Shown here: positions 45,521-64,000 of the stretch, in pieces | How positions within the stretch are numbered: position 1 is the first letter of the stretch | Layout: each line of letters begins with the position of its first letter | Assembly (NCBI GenBank): GCA_964016885.1 | Contig: CAXHJY010001072.1 | Span: forward strand, 14,500-78,499 | Direction: 5' to 3' | DNA: 64,000 nt | Origin: Eledone cirrhosa | Lineage: Eukaryota | Position numbers and translations under genes: made by a program | The notes under the pieces: model-generated | Database searches by the model: none | Seen by the model: only the letters and a program-made list of their open reading frames with translations | Told to the model about the DNA's origin: nothing

Positions 45521-45793
45521 TACATACACATATATATATATATACATACATATACACACACCTATATATATCAGCAAGAATGAAGGGTTCATTCTAGTGA
45601 CATGGCTTTAAAAATGAGACTTGTTTGCATAATTAGAAACGAATCGAATGTTATTATTAATATTCGAAATTATCCCAGTGTATAAAGTACCAGTAATACA
45701 CTGGGATAATTGCTGGCCTTGTACCAAAAGTAGAAACAATTATTAATATTCGAAAAACTCAAACTACATTTAATATATATATAAATATAATAG

Positions 45794-46018
45794 TAATACA
45801 AGAATGAATGGTTAATCCTTCATTACGTTTATTGGTTGGTGAGGCGCGTTTCGCTACTGATCCTCTCATTCTGGCATTACCACTACAGAGGTCCGACGAG
45901 CTTTTGATTCCAGAGTCGGGTCAGATCGATACAGATCGAACCTTGAGCTGATCAGTAGCTAAACGTGCGTCACCAACCAATAAACGTAATGAAGAAGTAA
46001 CCATTCGTCCTTGTATTA
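45794..46018 (+). mobile_element. Unit with 69-bp inverted terminal duplication and degenerate HHR (45890-45974)
   Basis: 45794-45862 vs 45950-46018. Motif GGT-CCGACGA-GCT...AGC-TAAA-CGTGCG-TC-ACC; the inverted copy retains GAAA. Confidence 0.7.
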
Positions 46019-46138
46019 TAATATTACACACTGTCTAGCTCTACACCTCCATATTGACGTGAACCTAAACATCGAGTGCTCACCCGGGTGAGCCTACAGT
46101 AACTCCTCGTTACACTCTCTATATACTGTATATATATA

Positions 46139-46225
46139 TAGGAAAAAGTAAGACCCCGACGGCAGAGCTGAAGCCGTTTCGACGGTGCGATATGGTCCAT
46201 CTGGTTCCTTACCACAGTTCCTTCG

Positions 46226-46228
<3 letters not shown>
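46139..46228 (+). mobile_element. Family H element, internally deleted
   Basis: Left arm fused to the tail at cggtgcg. Confidence 0.75.
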
Positions 46229-46290
<62 letters not shown>

Positions 46291-46665
46291 CAGATACATA
46301 CATATCGAACATAGAGCTAGTAGCTTCAATTATATCGTGTATTTTGCTGTTTATTTATTTTCCTCATTTCGTGTCGAACCGTGAAGCAGCAGTAAAGCAC
46401 CAGTGTCATTCTACCAAATCGAATTCCTGGTGGAAATATAAACATTGCACTGATATATCTTGTTCATGTTCAGCGTTCCACTATTCTGTTCATTCAATTA
46501 ATACATGCGGTTTATAGTAAAACTATTTGAATTATGGGGAAAAAGAGAACTACGTAGTTAAACATCAGATCTTCACCATGGGTTGCCATATTCTCATTAC
46601 ATTAGAAACATATTCCTTAAGGTACATGCTGTTCAGAAAGAAACTTGGCCTGCTGTTGTTGTTGT

Positions 46666-46703
<38 letters not shown>

Positions 46704-46756
46704 ATGTATCTATGTGTATATATGTATCTATGTGTGTGTGTGTGTGTGTGTGTGAA

Positions 46757-46950
46757 GGTGCGTGGCTGAGTGGTTAGATTCGCAATCGTGAGGTTGTGAT
46801 TTCGATTCCCAGACCGGGCGATGCGGTATGTCCTTGAGCAAGACACTTTATTTTCCGTTGCTCCTTCTGCCTGGTGTTGCAACCGACAGATACCATTAGC
46901 AATTAGAAAGATGAACAGAAACATTGTTTCCTCGGTCCGATTTGACGAAT
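46757..46950 (+). mobile_element. SINE family B
   Basis: A box TGGCTGAGTGG, B-box-like TTCGATTCC, CORE-like tgtccttgagcaagacact. Confidence 0.8.
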
Positions 46951-47094
46951 AGAAGCTTTCGCCGTATTTACCAAAGAATTTTAGCCTGATTGTGGGGTTT
47001 AGAAACCTCTAAAAAATAGAAAAGGATGAGTATTGACAGACCCCTGTGCTACCATAACACTAACACATCCCAGGGTGATTATATATATATATAT

Positions 47095-47276
47095 GGGAAA
47101 AAGTATGACCCCGACGGCAGAGCTCAAGCCGACGGCTATTTGAGTCCAGAAATAGCCGAAACGGCTTGAGTTCTGCCGTCGGGGTCATACCTTTTCCTAT
47201 TACCCACACTACTACCCTAAGTATTGAGTACTCTGGTGCGTTATGGTCCATCTGGTTCCTTACCACATCTCCTTCG

Positions 47277-47279
<3 letters not shown>
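47095..47279 (+). mobile_element. Family H element
   Basis: Hairpin plus tail, in (TA)n. Confidence 0.8.
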
Positions 47280-47323
<44 letters not shown>

Positions 47324-48035
47324 TCCTGAAACATATTATGTTATGGTAGGAAAAGTTTTTCCGGCCTCCTTTTTTTCTGCTATCAGTCACATTCAGTCTC
47401 TCTGCACCCCAGCCCCACCAATGGCATTAACACTACCCTGTGGTGTTTTGATTTAATTTGTCACTTTCGATCAGTCATCATTGAATCTACTGACAACCAC
47501 CGGAAACCACTACAGGAAGATGACACCCCCATCATTGAGCGCAACGACATAGTGGAATACTTGCTTCCATGTATATTACTTTCACATTTACACATCCTTT
47601 TAAGTGTGGCTAGATGACTCTCTGGGCAGAGAGAAACTCCAAGTTTGTTTCTCTAGTAAAATACAATGCGTCAAAGCAGTGGCTTAAACTGCTACAAATA
47701 GCAACCAAATTCCTTTCAATCACACCCTTCCATCTAAAAACAAGAAGAACACATAGTAAATGTTGGTCTTAGACATAAAAAAGATGGAATAGTGACGGCT
47801 CGAATGTATTTCATCGTACGTCCAATCAGAGTTTAACTAAATTACCAATTCCTCTATATGTTGCTAAAAATGACTTGTTAAAAATAGCTGCCAAATCATT
47901 CTTGAATTTCAGTTTATATTCTGAAAAATAAATAACTTATTAGATAATGACGATTTTGTTAGAACATGGCAAGAAAAGGTTTGAGGGTGGTTGTTGCACT
48001 CGGAATATCCTTCATTATAGGTTTGTAGATCAGGT

Positions 48036-48191
48036 AGTGCCAGATTAACCAATGTGCTTAGGTGCGCTTAAGCACAGGGTGGGGGAAGCCTATCTTTCTG
48101 CCCCAAAAATGTTTTACGATGATTTTTTCAAATGTAAGGGGCATCATAACTTAACTTGCACAGGGCTCCATTTGTCCTAAATCCGGCACCG
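48036..48191. mobile_element. Short MITE remnant
   Basis: gtgccagatta ... taaatccggcac inverted ends. Confidence 0.5.
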
Positions 48192-48714
48192 AGATCGATG
48201 CTAAGCCAGTGACAACAACTAGCAAGGAATCAATATATGGCTACTCAGACTACTAGAAATTGCAGTCAAATTCCTCTCAAATTATGTTCTACCGTTTTAA
48301 AAAAGAAGGAATCCATTGAACAATGTAGACTTCAATGTTCAATGTTCGTGTGGGGGACAGTATAATCTTAGACAGAAGGCCTCTAATGACAGGGCTTAAC
48401 AACAACAACAACCACAACAACAACAAAAATCAACTGTGACGACCTCAACGATTAGGCTGGGAATTCAAATATTTTTAAGAAAAAAAGTTGCATAAAATAT
48501 CATTGAAAGTTCAATAAATAATTTCATTGTTTTATTTAAAATATTGAATAAAATGTGGTTTTCCTATATACGTGTGCTGCTGTTATATAAATAGTTGTGT
48601 CATTGAGTACAAGTCACGTATTGCCACTTAATAAGCAACTTTAAATATATGTTTAATTTACTATTATATATGATATTTGAAGGATGTGTGAACAACCAAA
48701 CACATCAGTAATTT

Positions 48715-49145
48715 ATTGAAGTTGTTGTCTTCCTGTTTCTTCTACAACAACTACAACGGTACGCGATGGGGCCCACCCACAGCCCCGGCGGACAGAATGG
48801 AGAAGGCGTTTCCCCGGAGGACGGCAAGGGAGACGCGCTGGAAAAGACACTCCAACTCGCGGGGCTTGCACCTGCGGCTGGCCAGCTCAGCGCCTATGGT
48901 GGTGAGTAAGGAGGTAGCCCTGGGGCCGAGGACACCAGAAGTCTCCACTGCCAGGGGTACGACCACAAACCTGTCGAAGAGCGACCGGTATTTGAGGAGT
49001 TTGGCCCCCTCAGCCCGACGTGCAGCAGAACCTGGGTCAGTCGCAGACTGCACCAGGTTGAGGCTGCAGAAAGTGTCGGTGCAAGTGGCATCCCAGACGA
49101 GGGGTTTGCCACCGCGGAACGGGAAGATGGTCATGCCATCTGACC
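48715..49145 (-). pseudogene. CRE-like non-LTR retrotransposon 3' fragment (restriction-like endonuclease)
   Basis: DGMTIFPFRGGKPLVWDATCTDT...AEGAKLLKY...PLAVETSGVLG...FQRVSLAVLRGNA; GC-rich, 5' truncated, frame open. Confidence 0.85.
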
Positions 49146-49365
49146 TTTTGCAAATTTCGACATTTTTTCCAAACCAAAATTGTCACGCTTTCTCTCAGCT
49201 CCATCGGAGCTAATTAGAGAAGAGACAACAACAAAGACGACGAGGAAATAACGATAGAATTTCTATGTAGGCGTTTGACGTGCTAGAAATAGCAAACAAA
49301 TCTCTGACAGTCATGAGAAAAACGACACATACATACATGTGTTTTAAAGCTAGGACTGAATAATA

Positions 49366-49550
49366 ATAATTGTTTCTACTTTTGGCACAAGGCCAGCAAT
49401 TATCCAGTGCATTACTGGTACTTTATTTTATCGACCCCGTAAGGATGAAAGGCAAAGTTAACCTCGGCGAGATTTGAACTCAGACAATAAAGGAATGTAA
49501 CTCTATGCTGCAAAGCATGGTGTCCGACTCTCTACCGATACTGCTAATCC
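49366..49550 (-). mobile_element. SINE family A, full length
   Basis: Matches 36537-36720. Confidence 0.85.
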
Positions 49551-50207
49551 AATGATTTCTACTGTAGGCACAATGAGAAGAAGAAGAAGAAGAAGAAGAA
49601 GAAGAAGAAGAAGAAGAAGAAGAAGAAGAAGAAGAAGAAAATTAACCGAAACCAGGATTTAAAGAAAAACGAAGAACGAAAATAAAAAATAAAAACGAAG
49701 AAAAGGAAGAACGAAGAAAAAGAAAAAGAAAAAGAAAAAGAAAAAGAAAAAGAAAAAAAGAAAAAAAGAAAAGGAAAAAGAAAAAGAAAAAGAAAAAAAG
49801 AAAAAGAAAAAAAGAAGAAGAAAAGAAGAAGACCACGACTACGACGAAGAAGAAAAAGACAAAGAATATGGTGGATGTAGTCAGTCCACAAGTGAGAGTG
49901 ACTTTTCAGATTAGCACGTAGCTGATAATGTCATATTCTGCTACACCCAATGACCTAGCTTTGCACCGAATAAGGTCGGCTGTTGCAAATACACAGTGTA
50001 TCAATAGCTTGTCTTTATCTTTTAATTGATGTGAACAGAAATACACACAGAGATAAACACAGATATTATATATACACACACACATAGAAGCATAGAATAT
50101 CAAACACAAGCTGTTGTGGTCACTAGTGTATGTGACTGTATGTACGTGTGTGTGTCTCTACACGTCTTATTTATTTATGAATAGATTCTGAATGCATGCA
50201 ACAGTGG

Positions 50208-50257
<50 letters not shown>

Positions 50258-50274
50258 TTATTGATTAGGCGATA

Positions 50275-50384
50275 CCCGCTGATGAAGTCGCATAAGCCGA
50301 TTGTGCATTGTTGCATAATATATGCAGACAGATGGTGCAGTGCACCTTACTGCTGCATTAGTGCTGCAGAAACTCGAGTCCGGG
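50275..50384 (+). ncRNA. Type I hammerhead motif with expanded domain II, in a ~275-bp unit between (TA)n tracts
   Basis: CCCG-CTGATGA-[83 nt]-GAAA-CTCGAG-TC-CGGG. Confidence 0.7.
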
Positions 50385-50719
50385 AACCTTATAGGCACCC
50401 GTTTTACGTGTGTTGTGTTGAGGCAAATAACTATGTGTATACTCTGGTAATGTATCTTACATTGCCCATTGAGTGCACTGAGATACAACCGGTATGGGCG
50501 TTGATAAATATGCTGGGTCCGTCAACCCTTATTATATATATATATATATTTAATACATTAACAGAGAAAGCTTTAAGCGATACTCTGACCAACTCCATCT
50601 CACTCTACAAACATTAGGATATACCTAAGTATAATCCCAATTAAGTGTTTGGGGTGCTAACTATATAGTATTCCGTGGATAGTTGGTTGTATTATTTTAT
50701 ATGAGACATAATTAAATAA

Positions 50720-50754
<35 letters not shown>

Positions 50755-50758
<4 letters not shown>

Positions 50759-50970
50759 AAAAGAGTCAGGACCCCGACGGCTGAGCTCCGGCCGTTTTGA
50801 CAGCTAGATCCGAACTAAATTACTGGTTTAGTTCGGATCCATCTGATGAAACGGCCGGAGCTCTGCAGTCGAGGTCCTGACTATTTTCCTATTACTCACT
50901 CTACTACTCTAAGTATCGAGTATCTGGTGCGTTATGGTCCACCTGGTTCCTTACCACAATTCTTTCGTTT
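50755..50970 (+). mobile_element. Family H element, divergent subfamily with longer hairpin
   Basis: ~68-bp arms; tail ...ctggtgcgttatggtccacctggttccttaccac. Confidence 0.75.
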
Positions 50971-50990
50971 TATATATATATATATATATA

Positions 50991-51863
<873 letters not shown>

Positions 51864-52029
51864 ACTTGTATATATATATATGTCTGTGTTTGTCTATGTG
51901 CGTGTGTGTCTAGAGTGAAGTGCCTTGCTGAAGGACATAACGTCCAGTGCATGAATCGAACCTACTTCCTTACAATCGTCAGACTAATAATCTAACAACT
52001 GAATGCAATATATTTATATATTCAAAATC

Positions 52030-52980
52030 GAAAAATAAGAGCCTTCTCACTGCTGTTGGAGGAAGCCTTCCCTTGCTGACCTCCACTATTTCCTATCTCT
52101 GGTCCTATTGGACCACGTGGGGTCGAGGTATCGAGTCAGATCATCACGCCATCTGGCCTTTGGCTACCCTCTGGTTCTTCTTCACTGTCTTTGTGTTCAT
52201 CCTGTCACTCTAATACTCTACCTGTTGTCTCTGAAAGGAGAGACATGACCAGTCTATCTATGTTTGCCATTTTTATGGTCTCAATTATGTCCTTCACGAC
52301 AGTTTGCTGTCGTATCTAGATGTTACTCTTCCTGTCACATGAGGTGATGCCGAGCATGATTCGCTCCATTCTATGTTGGGACACTGCAAGAGTCTATGCA
52401 GTAGTGGTGTTGTGTGCCAATGTCTCACTTCCAAAAATTATCATTGAAGAACCAAGGAGTGGGCCCAGCTTATATCACACTACTAAAGAATCTTCAAAAT
52501 GGTGTTACATCAACTCTCAGGTTACACCAAGATAGCAACTAGACCAAGTTAGAAAGAGGATCAAGACAATTCCTCGAGAATGTTTACATCCTGTTCACAA
52601 GACGTCATCATTAACAAAGTCAACTGAGAGAAAAAGAGTATCAAAATAGATGGTCAACTCCTACGCTACCTAGACTTAGCAGATGATATCATCCTAACAG
52701 CCCATATACCACAAGAATTGGAGGAGATGCTCAACGTTATTCACACGGTGAGCAAATCTGTGTGAAAACCAAGATCATGTTTAACAGCCACGCTAAACCA
52801 TCACCAGCTTATTGTAAATGGAAAGACCATTGAGGAAGTAGACAGTTATGTGTACCTCGGAAAGATATTTGCAACAGCTGGTGCCCTACGTCCGGAGGTC
52901 AGAAGAACATATGGACAATTTTATAACATCATTAGAAGTCCCGAGTCCACAATCGAAACCAAAAGAAAGCTGTTCAATGA
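52030..52980. pseudogene. RTE-like LINE fragments (minus ~52030-52430; plus ~52450-52980)
   Basis: Plus strand IDGQLLRYLDLADDIIL...[15 protein letters not shown]; heavily decayed. Confidence 0.65.
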
Positions 52981-53390
52981 TATATATATATACATATATA
53001 TATATATACATATATATACATATATATACACACATATATATATATATACATATATATACATATATATACACACATATATATATATCTATATATACATATA
53101 TATACACATATATATATATACACATATATATACACATATATATAAATATACACACATATATATACACATATATATATACACATATATATATACACATATA
53201 TATACACATATATATACACATATATATATATATATATACATATATATACATATATATACATATATATATACATATATATACATATACATATATATATACA
53301 TATATATATATACATATATATATATACATATATATACATATACATATATATATATATACCCACATGTATATATATATATATACTTTTTTA

Positions 53391-53690
53391 TTTTTATTTT
53401 ATAGAAGGAGCTTCTACAGGACTAGTACTGTTTCATTCAGATGAAATCTTCAAAAAGCACTCTGGCTAATTGACCACTCCCCAAAGAAAAAACGGCCTGT
53501 GCCATGTTGTGGTCCTGTGTATCTAAATACCATCCTACCCCCCAAAATCCCCCCCCCCCAGCCACCACCCCTCCCTTACCACTACCTAAATGTATAAATA
53601 CCAGAACTTAATATGACACCCAGCTTCCTGAAGATTTCATCTGAATGAAACAGTACTAGTCCTGTAGAAGCTCCTTCTATAAAATAAAAA
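53391..53690 (+). mobile_element. HHR unit with ~68-bp inverted duplication covering the ribozyme
   Basis: 53391-53458 is the reverse complement of ~53623-53690. Confidence 0.8.
53622..53672 (+). ncRNA. Type I hammerhead ribozyme
   Basis: AGCTTC-CTGAAGA-t TTC atct GAA t-GAAA-CAG tactagtc CTG-TA-GAAGCT. Confidence 0.85.
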
Positions 53691-53759
53691 AATTTTACTC
53701 TGCCATGTATTGAGTACCTTACTTACTGTGGTTATCCCCGACTCAACCCGGGACCTACG

Positions 53760-60930
<7,171 letters not shown>

Positions 60931-61216
60931 TATATATATTCATACAGACATGCACACACACACTGAAGCACGCGACTAAATTTTCTTGAACGTAAAACCC
61001 CGCCCATACAGTCAGTCCCCTCCCCACCAGTCCCCGCCCCACCGTTAACAAGGGAACTTATTGAAAGCTAATGGAAATCACGCATGTTTATAAATATTGA
61101 CACAGTGTCACCTTTTGTACACGCTTATGCACATAAGTATATATATGTGTGTGTGTGTGTGAGTAATGTGTAGAGTGTGGTTGTGTAATGTGTAGAGTGT
61201 GGTTGTGTGTGCATGC

Positions 61217-61264
<48 letters not shown>

Positions 61265-61672
61265 TGTATATCACAAATATACAATCATACCGATAGAAAG
61301 GACATTGGTGCACACACACACATACTCGCGTACACACACACACACACTCACACAGTACACGCGCACATACACACAAACACACATAGACACAGACATTTTC
61401 CACTTGGTTGTATTTATATTTCTTAACGCGATACTCCAATATATCATTTGGACTGCTTTACAGTCTCACCATTGGAATAGACTTCTTGAAAAGAACCAAA
61501 GACGAAGGAGAATCAATTCTACTTGACACGGTGTGTAGCAAATGTACTTTACAAGTTATACGAGCGTGAATGTATGTATGTATATATATTATACATATAT
61601 ATATTATATAAATATATATATATATATTTAGTTTAGCGAGGTTTTTTATATGAAATCGTGTGTCGAAACAAA

Positions 61673-63056
61673 TATTGTTATACTTAGGGAGGGTCATATT
61701 TGTGTAATATTGCCAGAATTAATAACAGAACACACTCACTGTTTGGTTGGTTTTCGCTTCTCGCTGTCTTTTATATCAACTTAATCGGTCCTCAATGTTG
61801 CCATTGACTGACCGACGGTCAAAAATAATACAGATACAATATAGACACAAACACATATATATAGTTTACATAATTTACATAAATCTTTCGTTGCACATCT
61901 GCAACATCGTCAGTGGTGTTATATTTTTTCCTCCTGCTGTGTTGTATGTCTACGCCATTTTTTATTCAGTCTGTCTATATATTTATTTATTTATTTGCTT
62001 GTTTGTTTATTTTATTTTGTCTTCTTTGCGCATGCGTTTGCGTGTGTGTATAGTGTTACGTTTGCTGTGTGACTAGTGTGTATAGTGTTGTGTCTGCTGG
62101 GTGACTAGTGTGTGTTTATGTGCTTGTTGTTATTGTGCTTGTGTATGTATTTATTTATCTTATTTTATTTTATTTTATTTACTTATTTATACTTCTCTTA
62201 GGTCAGTGTTGTTTGTTTGGGTGTTGTTGTTCCACTCATTCTTTCTGTTTAGCTTTGGTCTTCTAATTTCTATTTCACTGGCCTCTCTGATTTGCCTATC
62301 TGCTGGGTCATTCCTATGTTTAGATATTATTCTAATTTCTATGTTGTCTATGTTACCGTCATGTTGTTGTCTAGCATGTTCGTATAGTACTGACCCGTTT
62401 TTTCGTCCTTTTAGTTCCCCCAGTGTTGGTCTATCCTTTCACCTATGCTACGAGCTGTTTCGCCTATGTATGTATGTTGTCATGTTTCTGCAAGTACCCT
62501 CTGTACATCTTATGCTATAGACTACGTTTCTAGTTTTACAGTTTATCCGGGGGTTCACCTTACATATGATACATTTCCTATTGGTACAGTGGGTTTTCTT
62601 AAAGGGGTAGGTTTTGCTGATCAGGGACTTTATGGTGGTTCCTGGCTTTTCTACCACCTTTATTTTAAGTGGGTCTTTCTTGGGGCCTTTCTACACTGGT
62701 TAGCTAATTTCCCTCCAGGGGTGGCGTCCACAAACATGACACTCTGATATCTCTGGTTGTCGTACCATGATGTGGCCTTCCCTATCTTATGTCTAGCCCT
62801 ATCTAAGCTATTCCATGATTTGCTCCTGTATAATGGACAAATTCCTTTCATGTCCAGTTCTATGAGGGTCTTATACTTTTCCATGGCTCCCTCGTATACT
62901 CTGACTCTGTCTCTTTGGTTGTAGCCAGAGAACTGCATGCGGTTGATGAAGTGTTGGATGTGTCTTTCCATTTCTGTTGGGTCGCACATTGAGTGTGTTC
63001 TGTTATTAATTCTGGCAATATTACACAAATATGACCCTCCCCAAGTATAACAATAT
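61673..63056 (-). mobile_element. 5'-truncated Penelope-like element (thumb/linker + GIY-YIG, frameshifted) with inverted pseudo-LTR tail
   Basis: RMQFSGY...SVMFVDATPGGKLA...C..C..C...NVVY...YIGETARSIGER..QH...EHARQQH...RQIREA...LNRKNEW. 61673-61739 is inverted at 62990-63056. Confidence 0.87.
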
Positions 63057-63172
63057 ATATATTTATATATAATGACGTATTATCTTCGTTTTTTCCCATT
63101 CGTCTTCCTGTCTTCCCCCGGTTGCAACGTTTTTTGAAATATTCACTTCTGCGTTCACAGTTTGACTTTGTC

Positions 63173-63223
63173 AGTTTCAGAAGATCCCGTTAAGGGTGAA
63201 AGCAGCGATTCTTTGCTTAAACT
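63173..63223 (+). ncRNA. Hammerhead motif with one core substitution
   Basis: AGTTT-CAGAAGA-t CCC gttaa GGG t-GAAA-GCAG...TTGC-TT-AAACT. Confidence 0.6.
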
Positions 63224-63674
63224 TTAATCTGTTATTTTAATAAATATTTGCTCTACGGTTCTTATATATTTCATATATATTTATCCTTATCGAGCCCTCT
63301 TTGGATTTTAGTCTTCAAATTTATTATTATTACTATATATATAATATATATATATTATTGTTATCCTTTGGGAGGGTCATGTTGCCAATAGAAACACACG
63401 CACCAGTTGCTTTCACTCCAATTTATTATAAATTAAATTATAAATTAAATAATAAATTAAACAAATTTATAAATTTAAGAATTTACAAATTTTCGGTTGG
63501 TTGGTTGGTTGGTTCCAGCACCGGACGGTTGCTCATATATTGTCAAAGTTCTTTCGTCACACATTCTGTGACCTCTTCAGTGACTGGGGATTCTTTTCTT
63601 TGTTTTATTGTGCCTCTCCTTTGTTCTGTCCTACGCCTTCTTGTTTTTGTGTGAAATTTATAAATTCCTAAATT

Positions 63675-63741
<67 letters not shown>

Positions 63742-64000
63742 TTCTTTGTTTTGTACCTCTCCTTTGTTCTGTCCTATGCCATCTTCTACGCCAAATTCAG
63801 AAACGAAATATATATATTATATATATATATATAAATATATATATATACACAAATGGAAGTACAGCATATTCGAGGCCAGAGCCGCAGCTAAACCGACGAA
63901 TGCATTCAGAACTCGACAAGATATAAAACCTCAGAGTAATAACATACAGTTTAAAGGCCTTTGTAAATTGAAGATAGCGACCGCTAATTCAGCCGCGGGG

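Overview
Eukaryotic, AT-rich, apparently gene-free window. By repeat content it is most likely an octopus or other cephalopod (inference). About 40% is degenerate (TA)n microsatellite, and all the long Y/I/M/H-rich ORFs are artefacts of it. The rest is transposon-derived: a near-intact Penelope-like element (RT plus C-terminal GIY-YIG with a CxCx5C linker, Hydra-clade-like) with two ~715-bp pseudo-LTRs, a second truncated PLE, a decayed DD37D (maT) Tc1/mariner element, RTE, CRE-like and HERO-like LINE fragments, tRNA-derived SINEs and several MITEs. The main signal is a dense set of type I hammerhead ribozyme (HHR) motifs. About a dozen canonical-core copies and several degenerate ones sit in unrelated 250-700 bp units embedded in (TA)n tracts, many with partial inverted or direct terminal duplications. 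The clearest case is a highly structured 311-bp HHR tandem/inverted array resembling a non-LTR retrozyme (candidate circular RNA). The autonomous PLE, whose own pseudo-LTRs carry an HHR, is a plausible mobiliser. All coordinates and folds were read by eye.
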